Assembly: GCA_041650295.1 (NCBI GenBank)
Contig: JBAZLM010000006.1
Location: 728-64,727, forward strand
DNA: 64,000 nucleotides
Source: Candidatus Omnitrophota bacterium
GTDB taxonomy: Bacteria; Omnitrophota; Gorgyraeia; Gygaellales; Profunditerraquicolaceae
Direction of reading: 5' to 3'
A program made the translations under genes and the position numbers. Under the pieces are notes generated by a model. That model was not told the DNA's origin. It made no database searches and worked only from the letters and a program-made list of their open reading frames with translations. Shown one piece after another: positions 1 through 10,566 of the stretch. Positions within the stretch are counted from its first letter, which is position 1. Each line of letters opens with the position of its first letter.

Positions 1-328
1 ATTTTGCGACTCTGATTTTAATCAAGGAATTAAGGGTAAAGAAGATACAGCACAGCGTTGTGTAATCTGTTGGTCAATGCGTTTACGTAAAACTGCGTTG
101 GCGGCTAAAGAAAATGGTTTTTCTTCTTTTAGTACAACTTTATTAGTTAGTCCATATCAAAACCATTTGGTAATTAAGCAGCTAGGAGAAAAAATTGGAC
201 AAGAGACAGGAGTAGAATTTTATTACGAAGATTTCCGGTTGGGTTTTAAGGCAGCGTGTCTACAGGCTAAAGAGCGCAAGCTTTATCGACAAAAGTATTG
301 CGGTTGCCAATATTCAATAAAAAAATGA
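1..328 (+). CDS. queH: Epoxyqueuosine reductase QueH (DUF208 family), C-terminal fragment; the 5' end lies outside the window
   Basis: Open frame from the window edge. C-terminal motifs ...TTLLVSPYQNH...FYYEDFR...LYRQKYCGC match the conserved QueH C-terminus. Stop at 326-328. Confidence 0.75.
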   Translation, partial: FCDSDFNQGIKGKEDTAQRCVICWSMRLRKTALAAKENGFSSFSTTLLVSPYQNHLVIKQLGEKIGQETGVEFYYEDFRLGFKAACLQAKERKLYRQKYCGCQYSIKK

Positions 329-1515
329 AAAATAAAAAATTAAATAAAATTATTTTCTTATTAGTATTTTGTTATTTGTTTAATTTCAGTTTTGTGCTAG
401 CTGAAGATAAACAGAATTTAACCACGTCAACTTTAGCACGCGGTATTTGGATTTCGGTTTTTTCTGCGAAAGATATTCTTTATACAAAAGATGGGGTAGA
501 TAAGTTGATTGCCAAATGTAAAAAAGCTAAAATCAACGAAATTTATTTACAGGTTTTTCAGTCGGGAAATGCTTACTATGATTCTAAAATTTGTAATAAA
601 ACCAAGTATGAGGCGATAGTTAAAGCTGCCGGGATGGATACTTTAGATTTCTTATTAAGACAGGCTCAAGAAAATAATATTAATGTTTTTGCTTGGATAA
701 ATGTTTTAAGTTTGGGTAATAATGATCAAGCGGATATTTTAAAGAAATATGGCAGTAGCATTTTAACCCGTGATCAGTATCAAAGATCTTCTAAGCCAAC
801 CACTAATCTGGATGTGGATAAATATTATTTAGGAGAGAAGATGCTCTTTCTTGAACCAGGAGATTCTCGGGTGGAGGAGTATATTTTAAATATTGTTAAT
901 GAGATTATTAACCGTTATCCTCTAATTAGCGGAATACATTTGGATTATATGCGCTATCCCTCTCCGGTGCCATTCTCTCCGGGATCAAGATTTAGTAAGT
1001 TTGGTTTGGCTTATGGTTATGGATTAAAAAATGTAGAACGGTTTAAAGAAAAAACTGGTTTAAATAGTTTAGACACTTTAAATAATGAAGATGAATATTT
1101 GGCTTGGGATAATTGGCGGCGTCAGCAGGTTAGTGAGTTAGTGCGTAAGGTCTCTAGTTTAGTAAAAGTAAAATCAGCCAATTTGGCGGTTTCTTGTGCG
1201 GTAATTCCTTTGACTGAGCGCGCTTATAGTAATGCTTTTCAAGATTGGTCGAGTTGGTTAGAAAATGGAATCGTAGATTATGTGGTCTTGATGGCTTATA
1301 CCAAGGATAATCAATTTGCTAAAGAGATCGTTAAGTCGGCATTAGGTCATCGAGGAAAAGGTAAAGTTTATATTGGGATTGGGGCATTTTTAATGAAAAA
1401 TAATCCGGATCTTTTTTATAATCAATACCAGATGGTGACTGAGCTGGCTCCTGACGGAGTAGTGATCTTTTCAATTGATGATTTAACTGATCAAATTATT
1501 GGTTATTTAAATTAA
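325..1515 (+). CDS. Secreted/lipoprotein-type glycoside-hydrolase-like protein (GHL10/DUF4015-like), function unknown
   Basis: N-terminal signal peptide MKNKKLNKIIFLLVFCYLFNFSFVLA. TIM-barrel GH-like motifs. ATGA overlap with the queH stop suggests translational coupling. Confidence 0.55.
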   Translation: MKNKKLNKIIFLLVFCYLFNFSFVLAEDKQNLTTSTLARGIWISVFSAKDILYTKDGVDKLIAKCKKAKINEIYLQVFQSGNAYYDSKICNKTKYEAIVKAAGMDTLDFLLRQAQENNINVFAWINVLSLGNNDQADILKKYGSSILTRDQYQRSSKPTTNLDVDKYYLGEKMLFLEPGDSRVEEYILNIVNEIINRYPLISGIHLDYMRYPSPVPFSPGSRFSKFGLAYGYGLKNVERFKEKTGLNSLDTLNNEDEYLAWDNWRRQQVSELVRKVSSLVKVKSANLAVSCAVIPLTERAYSNAFQDWSSWLENGIVDYVVLMAYTKDNQFAKEIVKSALGHRGKGKVYIGIGAFLMKNNPDLFYNQYQMVTELAPDGVVIFSIDDLTDQIIGYLN

Positions 1516-1576
1516 AGTTGTCAGGGGCAGTGGCTATTAATTTAAAAAATAGTTGCTGTCCCTAATTATTATAAAT

Positions 1577-2569
1577 ATGTTAAAATTGATTGATTTTGAT
1601 TATGTGCTTCCGGTAGAGCTAATTGCTCAGCATCCTTTGAAGAATAGAGAAGATGCTAAGCTTTTGGTTATTAATCGCAAAACTGGAGAAATTACGCACA
1701 ATATTTTTAAAAACATCCGGCAGTATCTTAAAAAAAATGATTTATTAGTTTTAAATGATACCAAAGTTTTACATTGTCGTCTACTTGGTAGAAAGATTAC
1801 TGGAGGAAGAGTTGAAATTTTATTAACGCAGCGACTTAATGGTACGACCTTTGCTTGTTTGGTACAACCCAGTCGCACTAAAGTTGGTGAAAATATTAAT
1901 TTTGCTGACGGTCAGATTAAAGGAGTATTAACTCGTCGCGGTCAGATTAGTTTTAAGCAGGCAGATGCAGATGTAATTTATAATTATGGTATTGTTCCTT
2001 TACCGCCGTATATAAAAAGAGAGCCGGATGATTTGGATACAATTTATTATCAAACGGTTTATGCAAAAAATGAGGGAGCGCTAGCTTCTCCTACGGCGGG
2101 CCTACATTTTACTCAAGAGCTACTCAAGGAAATTACAAGTGATGCAGTAGGATTAGCTTATGTAACTTTGCATGTAGGATTAGGAACGTTTCGTCCGGTA
2201 AAATGTGAGGATATCACTCAACATCAAATGGATCCGGAGTATTTTTCTGTTCCGGATGCAACCATAGATTTACTTAATCAAACAAAGGCTAATCATGGAA
2301 GAGTTATTGCCGTAGGCACTACGGCATTACGTGCACTAGAGAGTTATGCTAGTGGCCATAAAGAAGGAAATACAAAATTATTTATCTATCCAGGTTTTGA
2401 ATTTAAATTAGTTGATTGTATCTTGACCAATTTTCATCTTCCTAAAACCACGCTTTTAATGTTAGTTTGTGCTTTTGGCGGTAAAGAGTTAATGTTAAAA
2501 GCTTATCAAGAGGCAGTCGATAAACAATATCGATTTTACAGTTATGGTGACGCTATGTTAATTATTTAA
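1577..2569 (+). CDS. queA: S-adenosylmethionine:tRNA ribosyltransferase-isomerase
   Basis: N-terminus MLKLIDFDYVLPVELIAQHPL is typical QueA; about 330 aa. The ORF-track TTG at 1553 is probably too far upstream. Confidence 0.9.
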   Translation: MLKLIDFDYVLPVELIAQHPLKNREDAKLLVINRKTGEITHNIFKNIRQYLKKNDLLVLNDTKVLHCRLLGRKITGGRVEILLTQRLNGTTFACLVQPSRTKVGENINFADGQIKGVLTRRGQISFKQADADVIYNYGIVPLPPYIKREPDDLDTIYYQTVYAKNEGALASPTAGLHFTQELLKEITSDAVGLAYVTLHVGLGTFRPVKCEDITQHQMDPEYFSVPDATIDLLNQTKANHGRVIAVGTTALRALESYASGHKEGNTKLFIYPGFEFKLVDCILTNFHLPKTTLLMLVCAFGGKELMLKAYQEAVDKQYRFYSYGDAMLII

Positions 2570-4353
<1,784 letters not shown>

Positions 4354-4381
4354 AAAAAGTAATAGAAAGGAGCAACAAAAC

Positions 4382-4738
4382 ATGGACATTAAATCAATTG
4401 AGGCGGCTTTTATTAAGAAAGATATGCCTGCTATTAATGTTGGAGACACTGTAAAAGTGATGACCCGTATTGCTGAAGGATCAGATAAATTTCGGCTGCA
4501 TCCTTTTGAGGGTGTAATTATCTCAAAATGCGGATCAGGGCCTACTACCAATTTTACGGTTAGAAAAGTTTCATTTGGCGAAGGGATTGAGCGAGTATTT
4601 CCGCTTTATTCTCCGGTTATCGAGCGCATTGAGTTAATTCGTTCTGGTAAAGTTAAAAGAGCCAAGCTTTATTATTTAAGAGGAAAAGTCGGAAAACACG
4701 CGACTAAAATTGAGAGTAAAGAAGAAGTTAAAAATTAG
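4382..4738 (+). CDS. rplS: 50S ribosomal protein L19
   Basis: Sequence typical of L19. AGGAG RBS 8 nt upstream. Confidence 0.92.
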   Translation: MDIKSIEAAFIKKDMPAINVGDTVKVMTRIAEGSDKFRLHPFEGVIISKCGSGPTTNFTVRKVSFGEGIERVFPLYSPVIERIELIRSGKVKRAKLYYLRGKVGKHATKIESKEEVKN

Positions 4739-5352
4739 TGCTCCAATACGAGAATAAATTAAAGCAAAAAGGTTTTGATTTAATTATTGGTGTGGATGAA
4801 GCAGGTCGTGGTCCTTTAGCCGGACCGGTAGTAGCGGCAGCGGTGTTATTAAAGGATTTTGACTTTAGTAATCGCATTGATGATTCTAAGAAGTTAACTC
4901 CCGCAAAAAGATTAGCAGCTTTCTTTGAAATAAAGAATAAAGCGTTATACGCCATAGCAGCTGTGGGTCATGAGAAAATCGATCAAATTAATATCTTGCA
5001 AGCTACAATTGTGGCGATGCAGGAAGCCATCGCTAAATTAATTCAGCAGCTTAAACCGGTTCAATATAAACGTATATTTATTTTAATTGATGGGAATATG
5101 CGTTTTAAATTAAAATTTCCTTATCAGAGTATTGTTAAGGGGGATACCAAATCGATTAGTATTGCGGCGGCTTCTATTTTGGCTAAAGTTAGTCGGGATC
5201 AGATTATGGATAGTTTCCATGAGGTTTATCCGCAATATGGGTTCAAGCAGCATAAAGGGTATCCTACCAAATTGCACCGGGATATTTTAAAGAGAATTGG
5301 ACCGATTAATATTCATAGAAAGAGTTTTTTAAGGTGGCTGAAAATAAGCTAG
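4738..5352 (+). CDS. rnhB: Ribonuclease HII
   Basis: IGVDEAGRGPLAGPVV active-site motif. GTG start overlaps the rplS stop. Confidence 0.9.
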   Translation: MLQYENKLKQKGFDLIIGVDEAGRGPLAGPVVAAAVLLKDFDFSNRIDDSKKLTPAKRLAAFFEIKNKALYAIAAVGHEKIDQINILQATIVAMQEAIAKLIQQLKPVQYKRIFILIDGNMRFKLKFPYQSIVKGDTKSISIAAASILAKVSRDQIMDSFHEVYPQYGFKQHKGYPTKLHRDILKRIGPINIHRKSFLRWLKIS

Positions 5353-5714
5353 AGTTTGGCAAAAAAGCGGAAAGAGTTGCGTTAGAATTTCTAAAAGAGC
5401 AAGGTTACAAAATATTAGAGTGTAATTATAGAACGAAGTTTGGTGAAGTAGATATCGTAGCAGTAGATAAAGATGTGCTTTGTTTTGTGGAGGTTAAAGC
5501 TAGGCATTCGCTAGATTTAGGGGAGCCTGCGGAAGCAGTTTCAGTACGTAAACAAAGACAAATTGCTAAAGCTGCGCTGAGTTATTTAAAAATTAATCAT
5601 CGCTTAGATCAGTTGGCACGTTTTGATGTACTTACGCTTTTATATCAGGATGAATCGCCGAAGATAAATTTAATTAAAGATGCGTTTGAACTAAATACTC
5701 ACTTTACTATTTAA
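5334..5714 (+). CDS. yraN: YraN-family (UPF0102) endonuclease
   Basis: GEVDIVA...FVEVK PD-(D/E)xK-like motifs of UPF0102. GTG start. Confidence 0.8.
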   Translation: MAENKLEFGKKAERVALEFLKEQGYKILECNYRTKFGEVDIVAVDKDVLCFVEVKARHSLDLGEPAEAVSVRKQRQIAKAALSYLKINHRLDQLARFDVLTLLYQDESPKINLIKDAFELNTHFTI

Positions 5715-5717
5715 AAT

Positions 5718-6281
5718 ATGAAATATAAAACTCAGAGCTTAAAAAAATATTTGGATGATCTCTCGGCTAAATTAGCTGCTCCCGGCGGTGGTTCGGCGGC
5801 AGCATTAAATGCGGCGATGGCAGCCAGCCTAATTAGTATGGTGGTTAATTTTACCTTAGGTAAAGAGAAATATGCCCTTTATCAAGCCGAGCTTAAAGCT
5901 ATTCTGGCCAAATCGGAAAGATTAAGAAATGATCTTTTAGATTTAGTGGATTTGGATGTGTTGGTTTATCAGAGTAAGGATTTGCGTAAGTCTATGGATG
6001 TGCCTTTTATGTTGGCTAGATTAACTTTGCAAGCGGCGCAATTATGCCTACCATTAATTAAAAAAGGTAATGTTAATTTAATTAGCGATGTAGGGACAGC
6101 CGCAGTTATGTTAGAGTCTTCTTTTGTGAGTGCGCGTTTTAATGTTGAAATTAATTTAAAAGCTTTACAAAATAAAGTATTGTCGCAGAAGATAAATAAA
6201 GAATTAAATCAGATTAACAAAGAGATTGTTAGGATCCGTAAAGATACGGAGGTGGCCGTTGGCAAAATTATTAGAGGGTAG
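5718..6281 (+). CDS. fchA: Cyclodeaminase/cyclohydrolase-family protein (FtcD C-domain-like; putative methenyl-THF cyclohydrolase FchA)
   Basis: LAAPGGGSAAALNAAMAASLISMV is the hallmark of the formiminotransferase-cyclodeaminase / methenyl-THF cyclohydrolase family. Sits next to folD. Confidence 0.7.
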   Translation: MKYKTQSLKKYLDDLSAKLAAPGGGSAAALNAAMAASLISMVVNFTLGKEKYALYQAELKAILAKSERLRNDLLDLVDLDVLVYQSKDLRKSMDVPFMLARLTLQAAQLCLPLIKKGNVNLISDVGTAAVMLESSFVSARFNVEINLKALQNKVLSQKINKELNQINKEIVRIRKDTEVAVGKIIRG

Positions 6282-7101
6282 GCCAGTCGCAGAAAAAATT
6301 AAACAAGCTGTAAAGTTAAGTGTGCAATCTTTAGATCGGGCTCCGGTTTTGGCTAGTGTTGTGGTGGGGGCTAATCCTGGTGCGCTGGCTTACGTGCGTA
6401 GTCAAGAAAAAATTGCTCAAGATTTAGGGATTGTTTATCAATTACATCAATTGGCCGAAAATACTACTGAGGATCAGTTGGTTGATTTTGTAATTAAACT
6501 TAATAATGATAGATTGATAAATGGTATCGTGGTGCAGATGCCATTACCTCAGCAGATAGATTATAAAAATGTGAGTGAATTTATCTCTCCTAAAAAAGAT
6601 ATTGAAGGAATGCACCCGTCGAATATAGGTAAGGTACTTTTTGGTCGCGCCAGAATCGCGGCTTGTACGGCAACCGCAGTAATGGAGCTATTAAATTCTA
6701 CCGGAATTGATTTATACGGCAAAGAGGTGGTGGTGGTAGGCCACAGTGAAATTGTGGGCAAGCCCTTGTCGTTACTTTTATTAGAAAAATTTGCCACAGT
6801 TACCGTTTGTCATATTGCTACCAGTAAAGTTGGGAGATTAGAACAGCATGTACGGCGAGCGGAAGTATTGATTGTGGCGGTTGGTCAAATTGGTTTGATT
6901 AAAGGCGAGTGGGTTAAACCCGGGGCTATTGTCATTGATGTAGGGATTAATCGTTTAGGCGATAAAATAGTCGGAGACGTAGAATTTGAATCTGCTGCAA
7001 AAAATGCCAGTTTTATTACTCCGGTACCAGGCGGCGTGGGTCCATTAACCGTAGCTATTCTCATGCGCAACTTGATTGAGGCAACCAAACTTCAGTATTA
7101 A
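6226..7101 (+). CDS. folD: Bifunctional 5,10-methylene-THF dehydrogenase / 5,10-methenyl-THF cyclohydrolase
   Basis: Aligns to FolD from LLEGRPVAEKIKQ onward; NAD(P)-binding GxSxxxG-like VVVVGHSEIVGKP, VGDV and PVPGGVGP motifs present. Start uncertain: TTG at 6226 overlaps the fchA end, and no canonical ATG lies near the conserved N-terminus. Confidence 0.85.
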   Translation: MLGSVKIRRWPLAKLLEGRPVAEKIKQAVKLSVQSLDRAPVLASVVVGANPGALAYVRSQEKIAQDLGIVYQLHQLAENTTEDQLVDFVIKLNNDRLINGIVVQMPLPQQIDYKNVSEFISPKKDIEGMHPSNIGKVLFGRARIAACTATAVMELLNSTGIDLYGKEVVVVGHSEIVGKPLSLLLLEKFATVTVCHIATSKVGRLEQHVRRAEVLIVAVGQIGLIKGEWVKPGAIVIDVGINRLGDKIVGDVEFESAAKNASFITPVPGGVGPLTVAILMRNLIEATKLQY

Positions 7102-7140
7102 ATAATTCATGACAATTAATTTACAGAAAATTAAATTATA

Positions 7141-9705
7141 ATGGCGACTAATCTTCCGCAAATCCCTGGGGCAAGAAAAAAAGGCGTAGTCTTAATTAGT
7201 TCTGAGGATGACTTTAAAAAATTAGACGAGTATCTGATTAATGATACGGTTTGTATTCAAGGAGAGGCCTCGATTGCTTTAAGGCTGGCTAAATTAATTC
7301 AAGAAAAATATAAAGTTGCAATTAAGTTAGTTAACAACGTAGATCATTTTGATCAAGAACTACCGGCAGACGTTGAAGTAATTAATAGCGCAATACAAGA
7401 AATCGTCGGTGAAGGTCGGGCTGAGGCAGTTAAGTTTTTTGATGGTAAAGCCATCGGGGTGTGTTTAGTTTTATTTATTGATAAAGCAATGGTTGGCCAA
7501 GTAGGGCCAGAGAAAGAAATTACCATGACTAATGTAATTGCTGATCTAGGAATTAAAGGAACACAAAGTGTATTAAATCTTACCCGCCAAGCTTTAGAGA
7601 GTGCTATAAGCCAGAAGGGTCAAGATACTAAAATCGAATTTGGCGAAACCAATTATTATTTTCCTTTAATTAATGCTCTTTTAAATATTGAAGTAAAAAG
7701 TTTAAAAGATTGTTTAGCAGCGTTTAACCAGGCTCAAGGTTTAGTTGATCATCAGGCTACGGCTAGTGGTCTACTCATCAATAGTTTAGATGGTTTATTA
7801 GACAAAGGGGTAGCTACTTTAATCTGCGAAGAAATTTTAGCGGCTTTAGCGATTACTAATCAAGAACATCCTAAAGAAGGAATTGGTTTTATTCCGGATA
7901 ATATTTTACGCTCTTTGGGTTTGCAGTTAGTCGACGGTAGAATTAGCGGAATTGCCGTAATTTTAGGGCCGGCTAAAGATGATCAAGCGGCTGTTGATTT
8001 GATACGTAATTTTCAATCCAAAAGTATTGTTGCTTTATTGGCTGGTAATGTTAATGGGAACACCTTTAGGCAGCAGTTACAAAATAAAGGTGTAGAATTA
8101 GGATTAGATAATTATATTGTGCCTTTAGGTGATGATTATCTATCAGCAATTTATGCGGTTAATTTTGCGGTCCGTGCACCTTTAATTTACGGTGGCAATA
8201 AACCTGGACAATGGGAGGCCATTGCTGATTATCTGCGTAATCGTGTCCCGGCATTTGTGCTTTTACTTAGTCATGTGGATGAGGTATTGGTGGCTACGGG
8301 TTTAGGATGTTTAGCTTTTGGTTTACCGATTATCACTGATTTGGATGTTCCGCAATTAGCTAAGATTGATACAACTTTATTTGAAGCTTTAGTCACGGAG
8401 AAAGATTATCAAAAGATACCTTCTAAGTGTATTTTAACGCGTGGAATTAAAGTTAAAATGGTGGAGGTGGCTATACCATTACCTTATGCTGCAGCTTTTG
8501 AAGGCGAACGGGTGCGCAAAGAGCAGATGGCGGTTGAGTTTGGAGGTAAAGTTAGTACGGCGCTAGAATTTTTAACTACGCAAGATGAAAATGTAGTTGA
8601 TGACGGTAAAGTAGAATTAATTGGTCCGGATATCGATCAATTACCTGCTGGAACTAAATCTTTACCTTTGGCGATTGTGGTAGAGGTCTTTGGTCGTAAA
8701 ATGCAAAAAGATTTTGAACCGATATTGGAACGTCAGATTCATCGTTTTACTAATTATGCGATGGGTCTGATGCATATGGGTCAGCGCGATATGGTTTGGA
8801 TTCGCATATCTAATGATGCTTTTAATAAAGGTTTTCGTTTAAAACATTTAGGAGTTATTTTGCACGCTATGTTACATCAAGAATATAGTGCCATTGTAGA
8901 TAAAGTACAGGTTAAACTTTATACGCAAAAAGAGGATGTCGAGAAGTTATCCGCTGGGGTGCAAGCAACCTATAATCAGCGTGATGAGCGCTTAGCGGGA
9001 ATGACTGATGAAAGTGTCGATACATTTTATTCTTGTTTATTATGTCAGTCTTTTGCGCCTAATCATGTTTGCGTAGTTACGCCGCAGCGTCTAGGTTTAT
9101 GCGGTGCTTATTCCTGGTTAGATGCTAAAGCTTCTTTTGAAATTACTCCTACTGGTCCTAATCAGCCAATCTTAAAAGGTAATTTGATCGATGCTCGATT
9201 GGGTCAATGGGATAATATTAGTGCTTTTGTGCAGCAAAAATCGAATCAAACAGTTAATACGGTGAATATGTATTCACTAATGGAGGGCCCGCAGACTTCT
9301 TGTGGATGTTTTGAATGTATTGTGGCCATTATTCCTGAAGCTAACGGTGTAATGATTGTACATCGCGATTTTTCGGGGATGACTCCTTCGGGGATGAGTT
9401 TTACTACTTTAGCTGGTTCAGTGGGCGGAGGGGTGCAGACTCCGGGATTTTTAGGAATTGGTAAATTATACATTTTAAGTAAAAAATTTATTTCGGCTGA
9501 AGGTGGTTTAAAAAGAGTAGTCTGGATGCCTAAAGAACTTAAAGAGATTTTAGGAGAGAGATTAAGAAAGATAGCCCAAGAGATTGGCGAGCCGGATCTA
9601 ATTGATAAAATCGCTGATGAAACTGTGGCGATTAACTCCGAAGAACTTTTAGCGCATTTAACTAAAGTAAATCATCCGGCGTTAAGCATGGATCCGATTA
9701 TATAA
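7141..9705 (+). CDS. acsB: Acetyl-CoA synthase (CO-methylating ACS, AcsB/CdhC beta subunit) with a ~110-aa N-terminal extension
   Basis: C-terminal half aligns almost residue-for-residue with Moorella AcsB: SCLLCQSFAPNHVCVVTPQRLGLCGAYSWLDAKAS (4Cys of the [4Fe4S]) and SCGCFECIVAIIPEANGVMIV...MTPSGMSFTTLAG...GGGVQTPGF (Cys-Gly-Cys Ni site). 854 aa versus about 730 typical. Confidence 0.88.
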   Translation: MATNLPQIPGARKKGVVLISSEDDFKKLDEYLINDTVCIQGEASIALRLAKLIQEKYKVAIKLVNNVDHFDQELPADVEVINSAIQEIVGEGRAEAVKFFDGKAIGVCLVLFIDKAMVGQVGPEKEITMTNVIADLGIKGTQSVLNLTRQALESAISQKGQDTKIEFGETNYYFPLINALLNIEVKSLKDCLAAFNQAQGLVDHQATASGLLINSLDGLLDKGVATLICEEILAALAITNQEHPKEGIGFIPDNILRSLGLQLVDGRISGIAVILGPAKDDQAAVDLIRNFQSKSIVALLAGNVNGNTFRQQLQNKGVELGLDNYIVPLGDDYLSAIYAVNFAVRAPLIYGGNKPGQWEAIADYLRNRVPAFVLLLSHVDEVLVATGLGCLAFGLPIITDLDVPQLAKIDTTLFEALVTEKDYQKIPSKCILTRGIKVKMVEVAIPLPYAAAFEGERVRKEQMAVEFGGKVSTALEFLTTQDENVVDDGKVELIGPDIDQLPAGTKSLPLAIVVEVFGRKMQKDFEPILERQIHRFTNYAMGLMHMGQRDMVWIRISNDAFNKGFRLKHLGVILHAMLHQEYSAIVDKVQVKLYTQKEDVEKLSAGVQATYNQRDERLAGMTDESVDTFYSCLLCQSFAPNHVCVVTPQRLGLCGAYSWLDAKASFEITPTGPNQPILKGNLIDARLGQWDNISAFVQQKSNQTVNTVNMYSLMEGPQTSCGCFECIVAIIPEANGVMIVHRDFSGMTPSGMSFTTLAGSVGGGVQTPGFLGIGKLYILSKKFISAEGGLKRVVWMPKELKEILGERLRKIAQEIGEPDLIDKIADETVAINSEELLAHLTKVNHPALSMDPII

Positions 9706-9713
9706 AAATAAAC

Positions 9714-9742
9714 TTGACGATTGTAATTTAAATGCATATAAT
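9714..9742 (+). promoter_or_regulatory. Sigma70-type promoter: TTGACG, 17-bp spacer, TATAAT
   Basis: Consensus -35 and -10 with a 17-bp spacer, 14 nt upstream of the TPR-gene ATG at 9756. Confidence 0.6.
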
Positions 9743-9755
9743 AACAACCAGATAA

Positions 9756-10514
9756 ATGAATAAGCCCATCCTGCCTAAATTCCTAATTACTTTAATTGCA
9801 GCTTCATGTGTATTTTTTTCTTTTGCAGTGGGTTTTGCGCAAGAGGCAAAAAATGGTTCTACTGTTGAAGAAGACCTTACTGAATTACAATCACAGGCTA
9901 GGATATATCGAGAGGCAGGATTAGAAAAGCAGCGTATTGGTAATTTAACCGAAGCTTTAGGTTTATACCAGAAAGCGATTGCTATTGATCCTAGTTATGC
10001 AGTGGCTTATAATGATTTAGGTGTAGTTTATGAAGCGATGGGCTCAGGCGACCGAGCATTAGATAATTATTTAAAGGCTTTAAAGATTGATCCTGCCTAT
10101 GCCAGTGTTTATACCAATTTAGCTCTTTACTATGAGAATCAGCGTGATTTAGATAAAGCAGCGTTTTATTGGGATAAGCGCGTTGGAGTCGGTTCTTTAG
10201 ATGATCCTTGGACACAAAAAGCAGTAAACCGACTAAAGGATGTACGCATGGCTTTGTCTAAGCAACCAATCTCTGACCAAAGAGAGGATGAAGTTTTAGG
10301 ATTATTAAAAGATGTGGTAGAGGATAAGTCTACCGTAGATAAAGATAGTAAAACTCTTTCTCAAGACCATTTTAAAAAAGCCAAAGATAGTTTTAAGCAG
10401 AATGATTTAGCTACGGCAGTCAAAGAAGCGTTAGATGCCCAATATTTAGATCAAGATAACCCGGAGATTGAAGCTTTTATTGAAAAAACAACGTTGAAGG
10501 CTTTATCTAAGTAG
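9756..10514 (+). CDS. Secreted TPR-repeat protein
   Basis: Signal peptide, then tandem TPR-like repeats (AYNDLGVVY..., YTNLALYYENQRDLDKA). Confidence 0.6.
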   Translation: MNKPILPKFLITLIAASCVFFSFAVGFAQEAKNGSTVEEDLTELQSQARIYREAGLEKQRIGNLTEALGLYQKAIAIDPSYAVAYNDLGVVYEAMGSGDRALDNYLKALKIDPAYASVYTNLALYYENQRDLDKAAFYWDKRVGVGSLDDPWTQKAVNRLKDVRMALSKQPISDQREDEVLGLLKDVVEDKSTVDKDSKTLSQDHFKKAKDSFKQNDLATAVKEALDAQYLDQDNPEIEAFIEKTTLKALSK

Positions 10515-10566
10515 AAACGTACCGCAAGATATCTTTCCCTATAAAAGAATTCCTAATATTTAATTA

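Noticed and set aside
77-328. 83-aa ORF called as an independent small gene
   Set aside because: The frame is open to the window edge, and the sequence is the conserved C-terminus of QueH. It is a truncated view of a larger gene, not a small gene.
1516-1552. Imperfect hairpin (GGCAGTGGCTATT ... AATAGTTGCTGTCC) after the GH-like gene as a terminator
   Set aside because: The stem has several mismatches, the loop is AT-rich, and there is no downstream U-run. It is only 37 bp before queA, which is likely co-transcribed.
7109-7143. Leaderless acsB transcript: TATAAT overlapping the ATG at 7141
   Set aside because: No acceptable -35 at 16-18 bp spacing (ATGACA is 22 bp away). The AT-rich context makes a TATAAT match weak evidence, and acsB is more likely co-transcribed with folD.
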